DNA of 64,000 nt, taken from positions 124,001 through 188,000 of the IMG/VR virus record IMGVR_UViG_3300024308_000302, one strand, 5' to 3'. Each line of letters starts with the position of its first letter. The stretch's first letter is position 1. Shown here piece after piece: positions 39,653 to 49,524 of this stretch. The notes beneath the pieces are model-generated. The model ran no database searches. It was not told the origin of the DNA and saw only the letters and a list, made by a program, of their open reading frames with translations. A program made the translations under genes and the position numbers.

Positions 39653-40192
39653 ATGAAAAAGAAAATAATAAAAATAATAAGTACATTTAGTTTAATAATT
39701 GTAAGCAACCATGTTATAGCAAAAGACTATTATATGCATATACCTCTTGAGAAAGACCAAATAATAATTGGAAATGAAAATGAAAATAGTCAGGAAGGTA
39801 ATAATGGAGTTGGACAAGAACCGGGAGAAACTTGTTCCAATAGTTTTGCCTATGTAGGAAAAGAATCTTTCGATATAACATATAGTGCAGGAATGATAGT
39901 TTTTACATTAAAAAATACAACTGGTTATGATTCATATACATCAATGATTGGTAAAAGTTTTGTAAAATTATTAGTTGTTACAGAATTACAGGGAATATCA
40001 AGTCATACTGCTGGAGCATTATTAGTGGAAGGGACTCCATTACAGTACACAGTTCGTTCTGGAGAATCAATCAAGATGACAATAACACCTAAATCATACA
40101 ATATGGAAACATTTGAAGAGTGTGCAAGCGGAATACCAGTAGAAGTTATTAATGCAACATATGATCAAATAACAAATTTGCCGTCTAATTAA
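39653..40192 (+). CDS. Secreted protein, K(I/V)PLE family (divergent)
   Basis: Signal peptide then KDYYMHIPLE..QIIIG. Confidence 0.75.
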   Translation: MKKKIIKIISTFSLIIVSNHVIAKDYYMHIPLEKDQIIIGNENENSQEGNNGVGQEPGETCSNSFAYVGKESFDITYSAGMIVFTLKNTTGYDSYTSMIGKSFVKLLVVTELQGISSHTAGALLVEGTPLQYTVRSGESIKMTITPKSYNMETFEECASGIPVEVINATYDQITNLPSN

Positions 40193-40228
40193 AAAGGAAG
40201 CATAAGCTTCCTTTTTTTAATTAAGGAA

Positions 40229-40912
40229 TTAAGAGTTGTAGCCTCGTAGCTGTTCAAACCCAGCTTTGAAACCTTTTTTAACAAAGTCTTTTGCATCAAT
40301 TTTGTTAATGAAACGTTGTCCATAGCTTAAATTATCAGTGCCAAGGAACAAAACAACCCAATCAAGACCTTTAATGTTCTCATCTGTGTCTGTATCAAAA
40401 AAATGCCCTTTTCTTTCCATAATAAAAACTGGAACATAAGCTTTTTTATTGTCATTAACAAAAGACATATAAGAAAGCTGGCAATAATTAGATAAAATTT
40501 GATGATTATATGAATTAGGTACTTCAATATATCCTACAAAACTACCATCAAAATAGGAACTAAAATCAGAACCCCAATCTTTCAAATCAGCAACATCATT
40601 ATTACAAAGTTCAAGAGGAATGCCAGAGTTTTTAGTCAAAGACTCAATATCTTCATTTGTAATAGTTTTAACACTATCCATAAATGATTGAAGATTTTTT
40701 GTGTCAGTATAATTGGGTTCTCGCAAAATATTGCCCACTTTTCGCTCAACCCGTTGACCTAACATATCTACAACTTCACACACAACAGATTTATCATTCT
40801 CAAGAAGAATACCAGTACGCTCAAAGAAATCTTCTGATGATTCAGCAAGGATTTCAACAGCAACAACGTGCTTGCCCCAGTTCATATAAACCTTACGACC
40901 AATAACTTGCAT
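40229..40912 (-). CDS. Hypothetical protein
   Basis: Start revised to MQVIG (GAGG SD). Confidence 0.75.
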   Translation of the reverse strand: MQVIGRKVYMNWGKHVVAVEILAESSEDFFERTGILLENDKSVVCEVVDMLGQRVERKVGNILREPNYTDTKNLQSFMDSVKTITNEDIESLTKNSGIPLELCNNDVADLKDWGSDFSSYFDGSFVGYIEVPNSYNHQILSNYCQLSYMSFVNDNKKAYVPVFIMERKGHFFDTDTDENIKGLDWVVLFLGTDNLSYGQRFINKIDAKDFVKKGFKAGFEQLRGYNS

Positions 40913-40990
40913 AATTAAAACCTCATAGGAGTTTGAGAATATGAGTATATTATAGCAAAAAAACATTGCTATTGGAAGCTATTGTTTAGA

Positions 40991-41725
40991 TTAAAATTCT
41001 GCCATTTCAAGGACAGACATATCTGTTTTCAACAAATTTAAGTTTTCACCATACGTATTCATCCAATTTAATAAAAATTTAACAAAACTAACAATATCTT
41101 GATTTACAATTGATGGATGACTTCCCTCAAAAACCTGATAAAAACTATCATTAGCCCTATGATATTTTGACATAAAATAATTGAAGTAATAATGAACATC
41201 TTTGTTATAAACAAAAAATTGTGATAATTCTGGAAGTTTATTAAGTTTGAATTTTATTAATGGATCTTCTGCAATATGCCAATACATCAGAATAGAAAGA
41301 TGGGCGTCTTTATCAAACGAATAATGAATATCTATACAACTTAGTGCAAAATTATCATGAGAATGTTGAACACCACCAATAGTATAGCTATTTTTAGCAA
41401 TTGCTGATAAATAGTTAAAATTATTATCAACATTGATAGTGACATTATAAAAGAATGAATTAATTCCTTTAAATAAGTTATCATGATCGAAGTTAAAAGA
41501 AACTTGTAAATTGTCTTCATAGAGAAGAACAATTACATAACCATAAGGATATTCATATTCTAATCCATAGTTGCTATGGGCACAATTAAATGAAAAATCT
41601 TTTGAACAAACATCAATAGAACAAACCTTATTGAGTAAAAATGAAAGTTGTTGCCTGATAAACTTGTGATGCTCACCAGACAACTTTAGATTATTTCTTT
41701 TGAAATCAGAAAACAGTGACATCAA
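40991..41725 (-). CDS. Hypothetical protein, C-terminal motif family
   Basis: Ends MSVLEMAEF. Confidence 0.72.
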   Translation of the reverse strand: MMSLFSDFKRNNLKLSGEHHKFIRQQLSFLLNKVCSIDVCSKDFSFNCAHSNYGLEYEYPYGYVIVLLYEDNLQVSFNFDHDNLFKGINSFFYNVTINVDNNFNYLSAIAKNSYTIGGVQHSHDNFALSCIDIHYSFDKDAHLSILMYWHIAEDPLIKFKLNKLPELSQFFVYNKDVHYYFNYFMSKYHRANDSFYQVFEGSHPSIVNQDIVSFVKFLLNWMNTYGENLNLLKTDMSVLEMAEF

Positions 41726-42136
41726 TTAACTCACATAAATACAACGACTTTGTAATGCCAAAAATTCATTTGGAATAAAGCCCGGATATGTATAACAATC
41801 ACAAATCAAAATTAGAGGACATGGTTTATTAACTACAAGATCATAAATAACTTTGAATTGTGATTCATTAGAAAAATTAACATTAGAAAGTATTAACATA
41901 GCATTTGAATGGCTCTTAATTAAATCATTAATAAAATCAAGGTCAAAATTGACATCAAAATTAGAGGCCCTTGTATAAATTGAGTCAGCATTTGGATGTT
42001 TTGCATCAAGCAACATGATAGTTGCATCGCTATGCTCACGAGCAATATGTGCAAGATCGGTTTCGCCTAGAGTTTTAACCATCAAAGGAATATTAGAAGA
42101 AACAAAAGATTTAAAAGCGTCTATTTTATTCATCAT
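41726..42136 (-). CDS. Hypothetical protein
   Basis: AGGTG SD. Confidence 0.7.
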   Translation of the reverse strand: MMNKIDAFKSFVSSNIPLMVKTLGETDLAHIAREHSDATIMLLDAKHPNADSIYTRASNFDVNFDLDFINDLIKSHSNAMLILSNVNFSNESQFKVIYDLVVNKPCPLILICDCYTYPGFIPNEFLALQSRCIYVS

Positions 42137-42197
42137 TTATCACCTAATTGTTTGAAAAAATGATTATAACACGAATCAAAAAAAGAAACAAGAATAA

Positions 42198-42449
42198 TCA
42201 AGTGTCTTCAGTACCTAATGCATCATCCAAAACACGTTCACAAATACCCAATAAAGACTCAAATTGTTCTTTTACATGAGATTTTTCCAACAGTACAGCC
42301 TGTTCTTCTTGAGAAAGCTTAGAAATGTCAATATTTGCTACAGTGTTAATCTTTTTAGAACACCCTAGCAATGGTGTTTGCTGAACAGAAGGAATAATAA
42401 CATGTTCTGGAGGATCTTGTTTCTTCAAATTATCTAATTTATGTTCCAT
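42198..42449 (-). CDS. Hypothetical protein
   Basis: 83-aa ORF. Confidence 0.6.
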   Translation of the reverse strand: MEHKLDNLKKQDPPEHVIIPSVQQTPLLGCSKKINTVANIDISKLSQEEQAVLLEKSHVKEQFESLLGICERVLDDALGTEDT

Positions 42450-42460
42450 TGATCAATCAC

Positions 42461-42841
42461 TTATTCATCTGGAAAAATAATTGAATTATCTTTGATTTCA
42501 GACCAAAGCACACGAATGTCATCACCTTTAGTGTAATCATAGATACCTTCAAAACCAATACAGTCATCTAATACAAGATAGCGATCATCATGACCATAAC
42601 CACAAACTTGCCAGTGATCAGACCAAAACATATGCTCTACCAAGTCTTTGAGATTAGGATAAGTTTTACGCATCACATCCCAACTCGAAGCTTCAACACG
42701 GTCAGAAATGTCTTGATCAGGAGCATCAGCATCTTCTGCAATAACAACACATTTGAAGTGTTCAGTGCCACGAATACGCTCTTCTTTAAAAACAAGATTA
42801 ATCGTGCAAATTTCTGCTGATACGGCTACTTGTTGAGACAT
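42461..42841 (-). CDS. Hypothetical protein, YPxLK paralog family
   Basis: EERIRGT...SW...YPNLKDL...GFEGIYDY shared with 44085 and 55981. Confidence 0.8.
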   Translation of the reverse strand: MSQQVAVSAEICTINLVFKEERIRGTEHFKCVVIAEDADAPDQDISDRVEASSWDVMRKTYPNLKDLVEHMFWSDHWQVCGYGHDDRYLVLDDCIGFEGIYDYTKGDDIRVLWSEIKDNSIIFPDE

Positions 42842-42860
42842 TCAGAATTCTCCAATTAGT

Positions 42861-43331
42861 TTAAAAACAAGTGAAACGTTTGGTGATTTCGCGGGCTTCT
42901 TCTTGTGTACAAGGCCCAATACCGAGGCCAGTAATAATCAACTGCCCATTAAAATGTGGTGGATAAATATGCCCTCGATCAACAACAATGGCACAAGGAA
43001 TACCCGCTTTACGTGCCAAATTGTAAGCTTTGACAAGTTGATTACTATTTTTTGCCTTCATTGCAACTTTGGCACCACCATTATAAGCATCATTATGCTC
43101 ATTACACCAAACACGATACGCTTGAGCAACTTCTGGTTTATGATGTTCAGCAGAACGCAAAGCATCAGTATAGGCGTGACCAGCCTGCGGAAGAAGTTTG
43201 CCAGTTTCCATCACAATATCAGTACGCAAAATAGCATACTGATAATAATAAGGCTTATCATCTGGCCGACTATTGGCAAGAGCTTGTGCCAAAATATCTT
43301 CTTCGGTCAAATCAATAATATCAAGGCTCAT
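42861..43331 (-). CDS. pth2: Peptidyl-tRNA hydrolase, Pth2 type
   Basis: ILRTDIVMETGKLLPQAGHA...KVAMK...VVDRG...TGLGIGP. Confidence 0.85.
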   Translation of the reverse strand: MSLDIIDLTEEDILAQALANSRPDDKPYYYQYAILRTDIVMETGKLLPQAGHAYTDALRSAEHHKPEVAQAYRVWCNEHNDAYNGGAKVAMKAKNSNQLVKAYNLARKAGIPCAIVVDRGHIYPPHFNGQLIITGLGIGPCTQEEAREITKRFTCF

Positions 43332-43360
43332 AGGGCATCCTAAATTATGTATGTTAAAAA

Positions 43361-43678
43361 TTATTTGATGATGGTCAGTTCGTCAAGACCCATTTTACTC
43401 ATCAACATGACACCAGATTCAGTATCAAATTGCCATTCAACAATTTTACCACTTGTGAAGACAACAATGCAAGTGTGTTCAAAATTCAAGCCAACAATAC
43501 CTTGTCGAAAATCTTTGAACTCTTCTTCAAGATCGGCATTGATAGCACGAAACTGAGTCAGATCATAATCATCATCTGCCGTAACAGCCAGATAAACTTG
43601 ATCAACAACATTACCAAAGAATTGATAAAAAACATCAGTCAGTGCATTGTTAGCAATAGCAAAGTTTTTGATGGACAT
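43361..43678 (-). CDS. Hypothetical protein
   Basis: 105-aa ORF. Confidence 0.7.
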   Translation of the reverse strand: MSIKNFAIANNALTDVFYQFFGNVVDQVYLAVTADDDYDLTQFRAINADLEEEFKDFRQGIVGLNFEHTCIVVFTSGKIVEWQFDTESGVMLMSKMGLDELTIIK

Positions 43679-43742
43679 GATACTGTACCTATTGGTTTAA
43701 AGTATCCTATTATAACACAATGAAGGTTGCATGAAAACCTTT

Positions 43743-44063
43743 TTATCTTAAATATCCAAAACATGAGTGTTTTTCAATATCGTTTACATTAAGATGAACA
43801 GATTTAATACCATTTATTTGATGAACAATTTGTTCAACCACTACAATTGAACCTACATTTATAACATTATTACATTTTTCTGGAATTGATAGTTTTTCAA
43901 ATATAAGACCATCATTAGATTTCAAATTCAAATAATTATTTCCAGTATCATCCTGATATTTTGCAGTTACACTCCACAAAGCGGGCCTAACATCCGTTTT
44001 TTCGTGATAAAATGTACATCCACTAATAATTAGCAAAACAAAAATAAAAAGAATATTTTTCAT
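43743..44063 (-). CDS. Putative lipoprotein
   Basis: Lipobox ISG-C. Confidence 0.7.
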   Translation of the reverse strand: MKNILFIFVLLIISGCTFYHEKTDVRPALWSVTAKYQDDTGNNYLNLKSNDGLIFEKLSIPEKCNNVINVGSIVVVEQIVHQINGIKSVHLNVNDIEKHSCFGYLR

Positions 44064-44084
44064 AATAAAATTCCCAATAGTTAA

Positions 44085-44435
44085 CTATGATTGATTATAG
44101 TTAGCCCAGAATGATTTAACTTCTGGCCAAGAAACTTCAATTGTATCTGATTTATTAAATTCATAAATACCATCATGTCCAATAACAGAATTAACAAAAA
44201 GAACATTATGTTGATCAACAGCAAATATAGGATGCCAACTATCTGTTTCAAATAAATCAATTAAGACTTCTTTTAATGTGGGATATGCAGATTTAAAATC
44301 TTCCCAACTTTGAAGAACAATTTCCTCTTGCTTATCGTAATCATTTTTTTGGATTGCCACCAAAGTACAAATTTTTTTATCTGAACCTCTAACATTAGAT
44401 TCAATGAATTCTAAGTTTAAACCAATTCTTTCCAT
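44085..44435 (-). CDS. Hypothetical protein, YPxLK paralog family
   Basis: ESNVRGS...SWEDFKSAYPTLKEVL...GHDGIYEF. Confidence 0.8.
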   Translation of the reverse strand: MERIGLNLEFIESNVRGSDKKICTLVAIQKNDYDKQEEIVLQSWEDFKSAYPTLKEVLIDLFETDSWHPIFAVDQHNVLFVNSVIGHDGIYEFNKSDTIEVSWPEVKSFWANYNQS

Positions 44436-44471
44436 TCTCTAATCCTTTTAATGTTAAATAAAAAAAGACGC

Positions 44472-44726
44472 CTAAGCGTCTTTAATTTCGAAAGTTTCTC
44501 CTACATAGTATAGGATACTATGATGGCCTTTATCTCTGGCATAATCAATGCCCACAGTGTCTAGCCAATCATTGTATGAACCTGAATACGCTCTGATTGT
44601 ATTATCACCATTTGGGTAATCAGGATCACTCCAAATGAAATTGCCACAAGTTGTTTCAATGAAAAACTCATGTCCAAAAGACCAAAAAAAATGGCCATCA
44701 AGCAACAACAATTCTTCTTTTTTCAT
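44472..44726 (-). CDS. Hypothetical protein
   Basis: AGGAG SD; FFWSFG...WSDPDY. Confidence 0.75.
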   Translation of the reverse strand: MKKEELLLLDGHFFWSFGHEFFIETTCGNFIWSDPDYPNGDNTIRAYSGSYNDWLDTVGIDYARDKGHHSILYYVGETFEIKDA

Positions 44727-44811
44727 CTTTATTTCTCCTTGGTTGAAAGCTTTAAAGTAATTAGTAGGAAATATAAATAAAGATAAAGAAAAACATTACG
44801 TTAGTAAAAGC

Positions 44812-44895
44812 TGGTGCCCGGAGCCGGACTCGAACCGGCACGGCTTTCGCCGGAAGATTTTAAGTCTTCTGTGTCTACCATTTCACCATCCGGGC
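44812..44895 (-). tRNA. tRNA-Leu(UAA) copy 1
   Basis: GCCCGGA...CT-TAA-AA, long variable arm, ACCA. Confidence 0.95.
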
Positions 44896-44963
44896 ATAAA
44901 CAAAGATAACTCTTTGTTAACGGATATATTTTAAAAGATTTAAGTTAAATAATCAAGTTTTAA

Positions 44964-45278
44964 TTAATTATTTTTTGTCATTCTCGCTTTTAAAGTCTCT
45001 GCACCGAAAATAAAAGAATCAAACATCATTTTGAATTCTTCAATAAGTGTGTCTTCTGGAACTGAAAGAATACGTTCGTAAATTACTCGAAAAGCATGAT
45101 ACTGACCACAGCCAAGCTTTTGGTGCAGCAAAAAAGATTCTTTAAAACATGCAATTTTAAAATCACCCGGAGCAAGCTCAACCAAGCGACCAGACATATC
45201 AGAAAATTTTTCTTCAATGTCATCTGCAACAGAATTGACAAAAACAAGATCAGAAACAGAAAGTGGTGACATATTCAT
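44964..45278 (-). CDS. Hypothetical protein
   Basis: HQKLGCG motif. Confidence 0.7.
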   Translation of the reverse strand: MNMSPLSVSDLVFVNSVADDIEEKFSDMSGRLVELAPGDFKIACFKESFLLHQKLGCGQYHAFRVIYERILSVPEDTLIEEFKMMFDSFIFGAETLKARMTKNN

Positions 45279-45308
45279 TTTTTAGACCTTTTCTAATATT
45301 AAGAAATT

Positions 45309-45393
45309 TGGTGCCCGGTGCCAGACTCGAACTGGCACGGATTTCGCCGGAAGATTTTAAGTCTTCTGTGTCTACCAATTTCACCAACAGGGC
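45309..45393 (-). tRNA. tRNA-Leu(UAA) copy 2 (one acceptor mismatch)
   Basis: GCCCTGT/ACCGGGC; CT-TAA-AA. Confidence 0.9.
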
Positions 45394-45399
45394 ATAATT

Positions 45400-45476
45400 T
45401 GGCCCATGCGGCAGGACTCGAACCTGCGACCATCCGCTTAGAAGGCGGATGCTCTATCCAACTGAGCTACGCACGG
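45400..45476 (-). tRNA. tRNA-Arg(UCU)
   Basis: CCGTGCG...CT-TCT-AA...CGCATGGGCCA. Confidence 0.95.
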
Positions 45477-45485
45477 ATGTTTGTC

Positions 45486-45614
45486 TTAGGCGTCCTGATG
45501 ACGATTGCGGCGTTTGTCACGGAATTTACGGTCATTTTTCGCAAAATTGCGGGTTTCTTTGTCACGACCCTTGGAAGTGAATTTTTCGGTCATATCGCGG
45601 TGAGAACCTTGCAT
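45486..45614 (-). CDS. 42-aa basic peptide, paralog of 47022..47156
   Basis: MQGSHRDMTEKF...KRRNRHQDA; AAGGA SD. Confidence 0.75.
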   Translation of the reverse strand: MQGSHRDMTEKFTSKGRDKETRNFAKNDRKFRDKRRNRHQDA

Positions 45615-45770
45615 TTCGTATTTCCTTGTATGTTTCGTTTTGATGGCTCCATTATAGAGAAATTGGTACTGCATGTAAAGCATTATTTTCGTTTTTTCTA
45701 AATTGTTTTTGATTGATTTTAAACAATAAATTAAAATAAACCAGAGGGCAGATTTAATAGAACCTGAAAA

Positions 45771-46106
45771 CTACAGGTTCATAGCTGACAACTTATGCCG
45801 AGCGAATTCTAAGACTTCTGCAAGTTCAAAACCATCCAAATCACCAAGATGAGCCACAACATGTGGATTGCGAGATGCCCACAGATCACCTTCTTTTTTA
45901 ATCACTGTAGTGCCTTCTGTAGCTCCCCAACCAGCAATCACCGTGCCACGGCAAGCAAAGCCTGTATGACAAACACTGGAACTGCCATCAGCAAAAATGA
46001 TTTCTTTGGGTTCATCAGACATAATAACACCCCAAACATTTTTACTGCAGAGAGCTAGAGCATATTTTTTAATTGTCAGACTTGTGATGTTTTTTACTTG
46101 AGTCAT
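45771..46106 (-). CDS. Hypothetical protein
   Basis: 111-aa ORF. Confidence 0.7.
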   Translation of the reverse strand: MTQVKNITSLTIKKYALALCSKNVWGVIMSDEPKEIIFADGSSSVCHTGFACRGTVIAGWGATEGTTVIKKEGDLWASRNPHVVAHLGDLDGFELAEVLEFARHKLSAMNL

Positions 46107-46247
46107 GTGAAAATACCTATATATCGTTGATTTAATAAAGTAATTTTGGTAAAAATTAGAATTTGAAGCAAGAAGTTTGAATTATACCATATTGAATAAT
46201 CGTAAGCAAAAAAAATCTGGCTAAAACCAGATCTTTAAATTATTGAT

Positions 46248-46610
46248 TTAGGTTACTGCAATTTGATTTGTATATTTTCGTTGATTTTTATAAATGTCAT
46301 TCGCCTTTTCTTCACTGATTTGAACAAGATTGATAAGGGGAGCGTTTTCAAAGACATTATAAAACCAATCAGAAACAGCCTGAGTATAAGTATATCCGGG
46401 GACACAAGAAACTCTTTTAAATTTCAGAATAGGACGGCCACGACCATCAACAACTACGCTCTTAGAAATATACAAAGGAGAGTCTTTTCCTGCATCAGCA
46501 TCAACAAAGAAAGTTGAACCAATGTAAGGATTATTGTTATAACAGATGAACACATAACAAAAACAACCCAAAAGGAATAGAGCACACACAATAAAAATCA
46601 ATGTTGGCAT
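46248..46610 (-). CDS. Membrane-anchored hypothetical protein
   Basis: N-terminal TM; GAGGA SD. Confidence 0.7.
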   Translation of the reverse strand: MPTLIFIVCALFLLGCFCYVFICYNNNPYIGSTFFVDADAGKDSPLYISKSVVVDGRGRPILKFKRVSCVPGYTYTQAVSDWFYNVFENAPLINLVQISEEKANDIYKNQRKYTNQIAVT

Positions 46611-46905
46611 AATTTAATCCTCTTATTGTTCAATTTTTTAAATGTTATAAAGCTAAACTGATATTCAAGAGTATGGTAAAATTTACAAAAGTTGAATGAA
46701 CAGTTGCGAGAGGTTTATTTTATCAAAAAATGACACAAAATACAACAATAAGTGATGAATTCACACAAAAATTAAATAACAAAAAACCCCTTCTAAGAGG
46801 GGCTGTTCAATCTCTATTAATTAGTTTTCTATAAGTAACTTACTGAATGGATAGCTTACATTTTGAACGTTCATTAATTATCAGTAGTTTTATTGTAGTT
46901 GAATT

Positions 46906-46989
46906 TGGTGCCCGAAGCCAGACTCGAACTGGCACGGCTCTCGCCGGAAGATTTTAAGTCTTCTGTGTCTACCATTCCACCATTCGGGC
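46906..46989 (-). tRNA. tRNA-Leu(UAA) copy 3
   Basis: GCCCGAA...CT-TAA-AA...TTCGGGCACCA. Confidence 0.95.
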
Positions 46990-47021
46990 TTAAAAATGGT
47001 CTACCGTAGTAGACCTGTTAA

Positions 47022-47156
47022 TCAGTCTGCGTCTTTATGACGGTTTCGGCGTTTATTGCGTCGGTTACGATCTTCTCGATGAGCACGAGCTTTTTCTGGA
47101 TCTTTTTGTTTACGGCCACTGAAACGTTCTGTTGCATCACCATAAGAACCTTGCAT
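47022..47156 (-). CDS. 44-aa basic peptide (not in ORF track)
   Basis: MQGSYGDATERFSGRKQKDPEKARAHREDRNRRNKRRNRHKDAD; GAGGA SD. Confidence 0.75.
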   Translation of the reverse strand: MQGSYGDATERFSGRKQKDPEKARAHREDRNRRNKRRNRHKDAD

Positions 47157-47247
47157 TTTTTACATCCTCTTTTTTGGGTAATCTTTGTAACTTTGTAGCT
47201 TTATATTATCAACGTTTTTTTAAATGTGCAAGCTTTTTTTTGCAATT

Positions 47248-47466
47248 TTAAGTCAATTTTTGTGCAGCATCGTAGGCAAGTGCAAATGTACGGAAAGCGT
47301 CAATCTCAACAGCTTCACCACCATGAGTTGGAATCTCAAAAAGATGGAAAAGACCACCATCACGGATTTCAATATACCACCCATCATCAATATATGGGGC
47401 ATTTTGAACAATCATATGGCCAGTTGACGGATCAAAAAAAGAAAAAAGCGGAATATTAGTAGACAT
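47248..47466 (-). CDS. Hypothetical protein
   Basis: GAGGTG SD; LFEIPTHGG. Confidence 0.75.
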   Translation of the reverse strand: MSTNIPLFSFFDPSTGHMIVQNAPYIDDGWYIEIRDGGLFHLFEIPTHGGEAVEIDAFRTFALAYDAAQKLT

Positions 47467-47554
47467 AAATCACCTCATAATTTAAACCTATAATAGCATA
47501 AAACACTATAAATTCAAGAAAAAAATTTTGGTGAGGTCTTTATTGTGTTTGAAA

Positions 47555-48550
47555 TTAAATAGAATACATACTGAGCAACATTAAAGTGTCTTCTGACAGT
47601 GGCAATGCAGGTGAAATATCAATCTCTTTTAACATTCTAATCGTTTGCATTGATGGGTATCTTGATAAACAATAATTATATCTGGACATGTAAACTTTTT
47701 TAAATTTATTTACATAGTCAATATAATCATTATTGAGGTACTGTTTATATTGAATAGATAATGTACCAGACTCATATGTTATAATCATGAATCTATCATA
47801 AGATTTAACAGAAGAGTCTGACTTATCACTATCAGATGGATGATGTTCAACAATAAGCTCATACTTTCGTCCATTTTTATACAACAAACATGGATTGTAG
47901 TCATTTTTAAGAATTCTAACTTTTTTTGTATCAATGTATTTTTCAAAACTAATAGCTATATCACGCACAGCTTCCATTGATGTAAAATCACTGAATCGGC
48001 CAACTTCAAAAATCAACTTATCAGCAATATAAAAGTGAGCTTTATTTAAGATGGAACCTGTTTTTGAAAGTAGACAAAAAGAGATACGCTCAACACCAGT
48101 AACAACTGTTTTTTGTAATATTTTAATTTCTGGATAATAATTTTCATCTAAAGTAAGTAAGTTAGGGACTTTAGATAAACTTTGAGAATCGTTGCCTGTC
48201 AATAAGTCCATTAAATCTGGATGATTGTTAAACACGCCTACATAACGATTTTTTAAATAAGGAAAAACAGAAGAATCCATTGTTAAAAGTATGTTTTTAT
48301 TAATACATTCCATAATGAAATCTTGATGATTTAAAGATGATTCATACTTCATACAATAATCCATAGAAACTTGACTAACAAAATCTTTTATACTTAAAAA
48401 TAAGAAGCCATCTAAAAATGTAGCGTTAGCTAATAGATTATTATTTAATTTCAATGAATAGGAATTATTAGTAAATTCTTTAATAGAAGATACAACTGAA
48501 TCTACGTCCTCTTTTTTCTTGAAATAATCCTTTAACTTATTTAAAAACAT
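47555..48550 (-). CDS. Hypothetical protein, C-terminal motif family; paralog of 57692..58852
   Basis: Ends PS...PLSEDTLMLLSMYSI. Confidence 0.75.
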   Translation of the reverse strand: MFLNKLKDYFKKKEDVDSVVSSIKEFTNNSYSLKLNNNLLANATFLDGFLFLSIKDFVSQVSMDYCMKYESSLNHQDFIMECINKNILLTMDSSVFPYLKNRYVGVFNNHPDLMDLLTGNDSQSLSKVPNLLTLDENYYPEIKILQKTVVTGVERISFCLLSKTGSILNKAHFYIADKLIFEVGRFSDFTSMEAVRDIAISFEKYIDTKKVRILKNDYNPCLLYKNGRKYELIVEHHPSDSDKSDSSVKSYDRFMIITYESGTLSIQYKQYLNNDYIDYVNKFKKVYMSRYNYCLSRYPSMQTIRMLKEIDISPALPLSEDTLMLLSMYSI

Positions 48551-48661
48551 AATAATATTAAATGTGCATGATTATAGTATGCAACATAATAATACTTTTT
48601 CAAATAAAAAAGCCAACATTGAATGCTGGCTTATTAATGGAATTATTTAATTAGAAAAGTG

Positions 48662-48913
48662 TTAAATTCTTGATATAAGTAGACAAATTATGAAAGTAAT
48701 AATATAAGCAGAAAGCCAAATAACTTTAAAAGGTCTGGTTTTAATTTTGGTTGCAAAAGGTGTAACACGTTCAACCATTTGAACAACAATTGGATATGAG
48801 GCCAATAACTCTTGTTCACATTTAATAAGAATGTGATTATTTGGACTATGATAACGTTCAAGCAATATAGTAGGTATCAGACAACAACTTACAAACAAAA
48901 AAATAAATAGCAT
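48662..48913 (-). CDS. Small membrane protein
   Basis: Two hydrophobic segments. Confidence 0.6.
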   Translation of the reverse strand: MLFIFLFVSCCLIPTILLERYHSPNNHILIKCEQELLASYPIVVQMVERVTPFATKIKTRPFKVIWLSAYIITFIICLLISRI

Positions 48914-48922
48914 TACACATAC

Positions 48923-49159
48923 CTAATAAATAATAGTAACAAGATGTGAAACACCATTTTTAAGAATAACATCTCTTTTTTCAACTTTTGTTTGAACATT
49001 TTTACCATTATTCCCACAATCAACAGAAACTACAGTATTGAGTGCAGATGCAATGCAAGCATCAGGTAGAATAACCAAGCGAACTTCAATATAGCCAGTC
49101 ATTGTGCCAGCATGCACACTGAATGGAATCAACAACAAAGGCAATATCTTTTTCCACAT
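48923..49159 (-). CDS. Small secreted protein
   Basis: Signal peptide ending VHA; two Cys. Confidence 0.65.
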   Translation of the reverse strand: MWKKILPLLLIPFSVHAGTMTGYIEVRLVILPDACIASALNTVVSVDCGNNGKNVQTKVEKRDVILKNGVSHLVTIIY

Positions 49160-49185
49160 GATTATTTTACCTGTACTGGATGATT

Positions 49186-49524
49186 TTAATTAGGTTTAAT
49201 CAATGAAAGAGAGAATTTGAAAGCTTCATACATGCTTACATATTCTTCACGCACTTTAGTTTCATTGAATGAGCAAACCATAGAGCGGAAATAACGATAA
49301 GCTGGATAAGCTTTAATTCCATCTTGTTTGAGTTCTGCTTTGATAGCTTCTGCAAAGCAAGCAGAAATGAAAATGCCATGACTAACAGAACCTCGACCAG
49401 TAATATCAAAACATTTAAAATCAATATCATCAAAGCTAGCTCGCAATGATTCAATTTGTGCATCACTCAGATCATGAGTAGTTTGCTTAGTGTTATCAAT
49501 AGCATTGTGCATATGCATCTCCAT
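49186..49524 (-). CDS. Hypothetical protein
   Basis: 112-aa ORF. Confidence 0.65.
   Translation of the reverse strand: MEMHMHNAIDNTKQTTHDLSDAQIESLRASFDDIDFKCFDITGRGSVSHGIFISACFAEAIKAELKQDGIKAYPAYRYFRSMVCSFNETKVREEYVSMYEAFKFSLSLIKPN

Noticed and set aside
45318-45701. + strand ORFs over tRNAs (also 2254, 2276, 55746, 57334, 59505) and - strand extensions 1887..2084 and 55575..55745
   Set aside because: Translations of tRNA sequence, not genes
48662-49159. Amber readthrough fusion (TAG GTA TGT GTA ATG in frame)
   Set aside because: One-in-three chance, and the TAG overlaps the AGGT SD of the downstream gene; no other support
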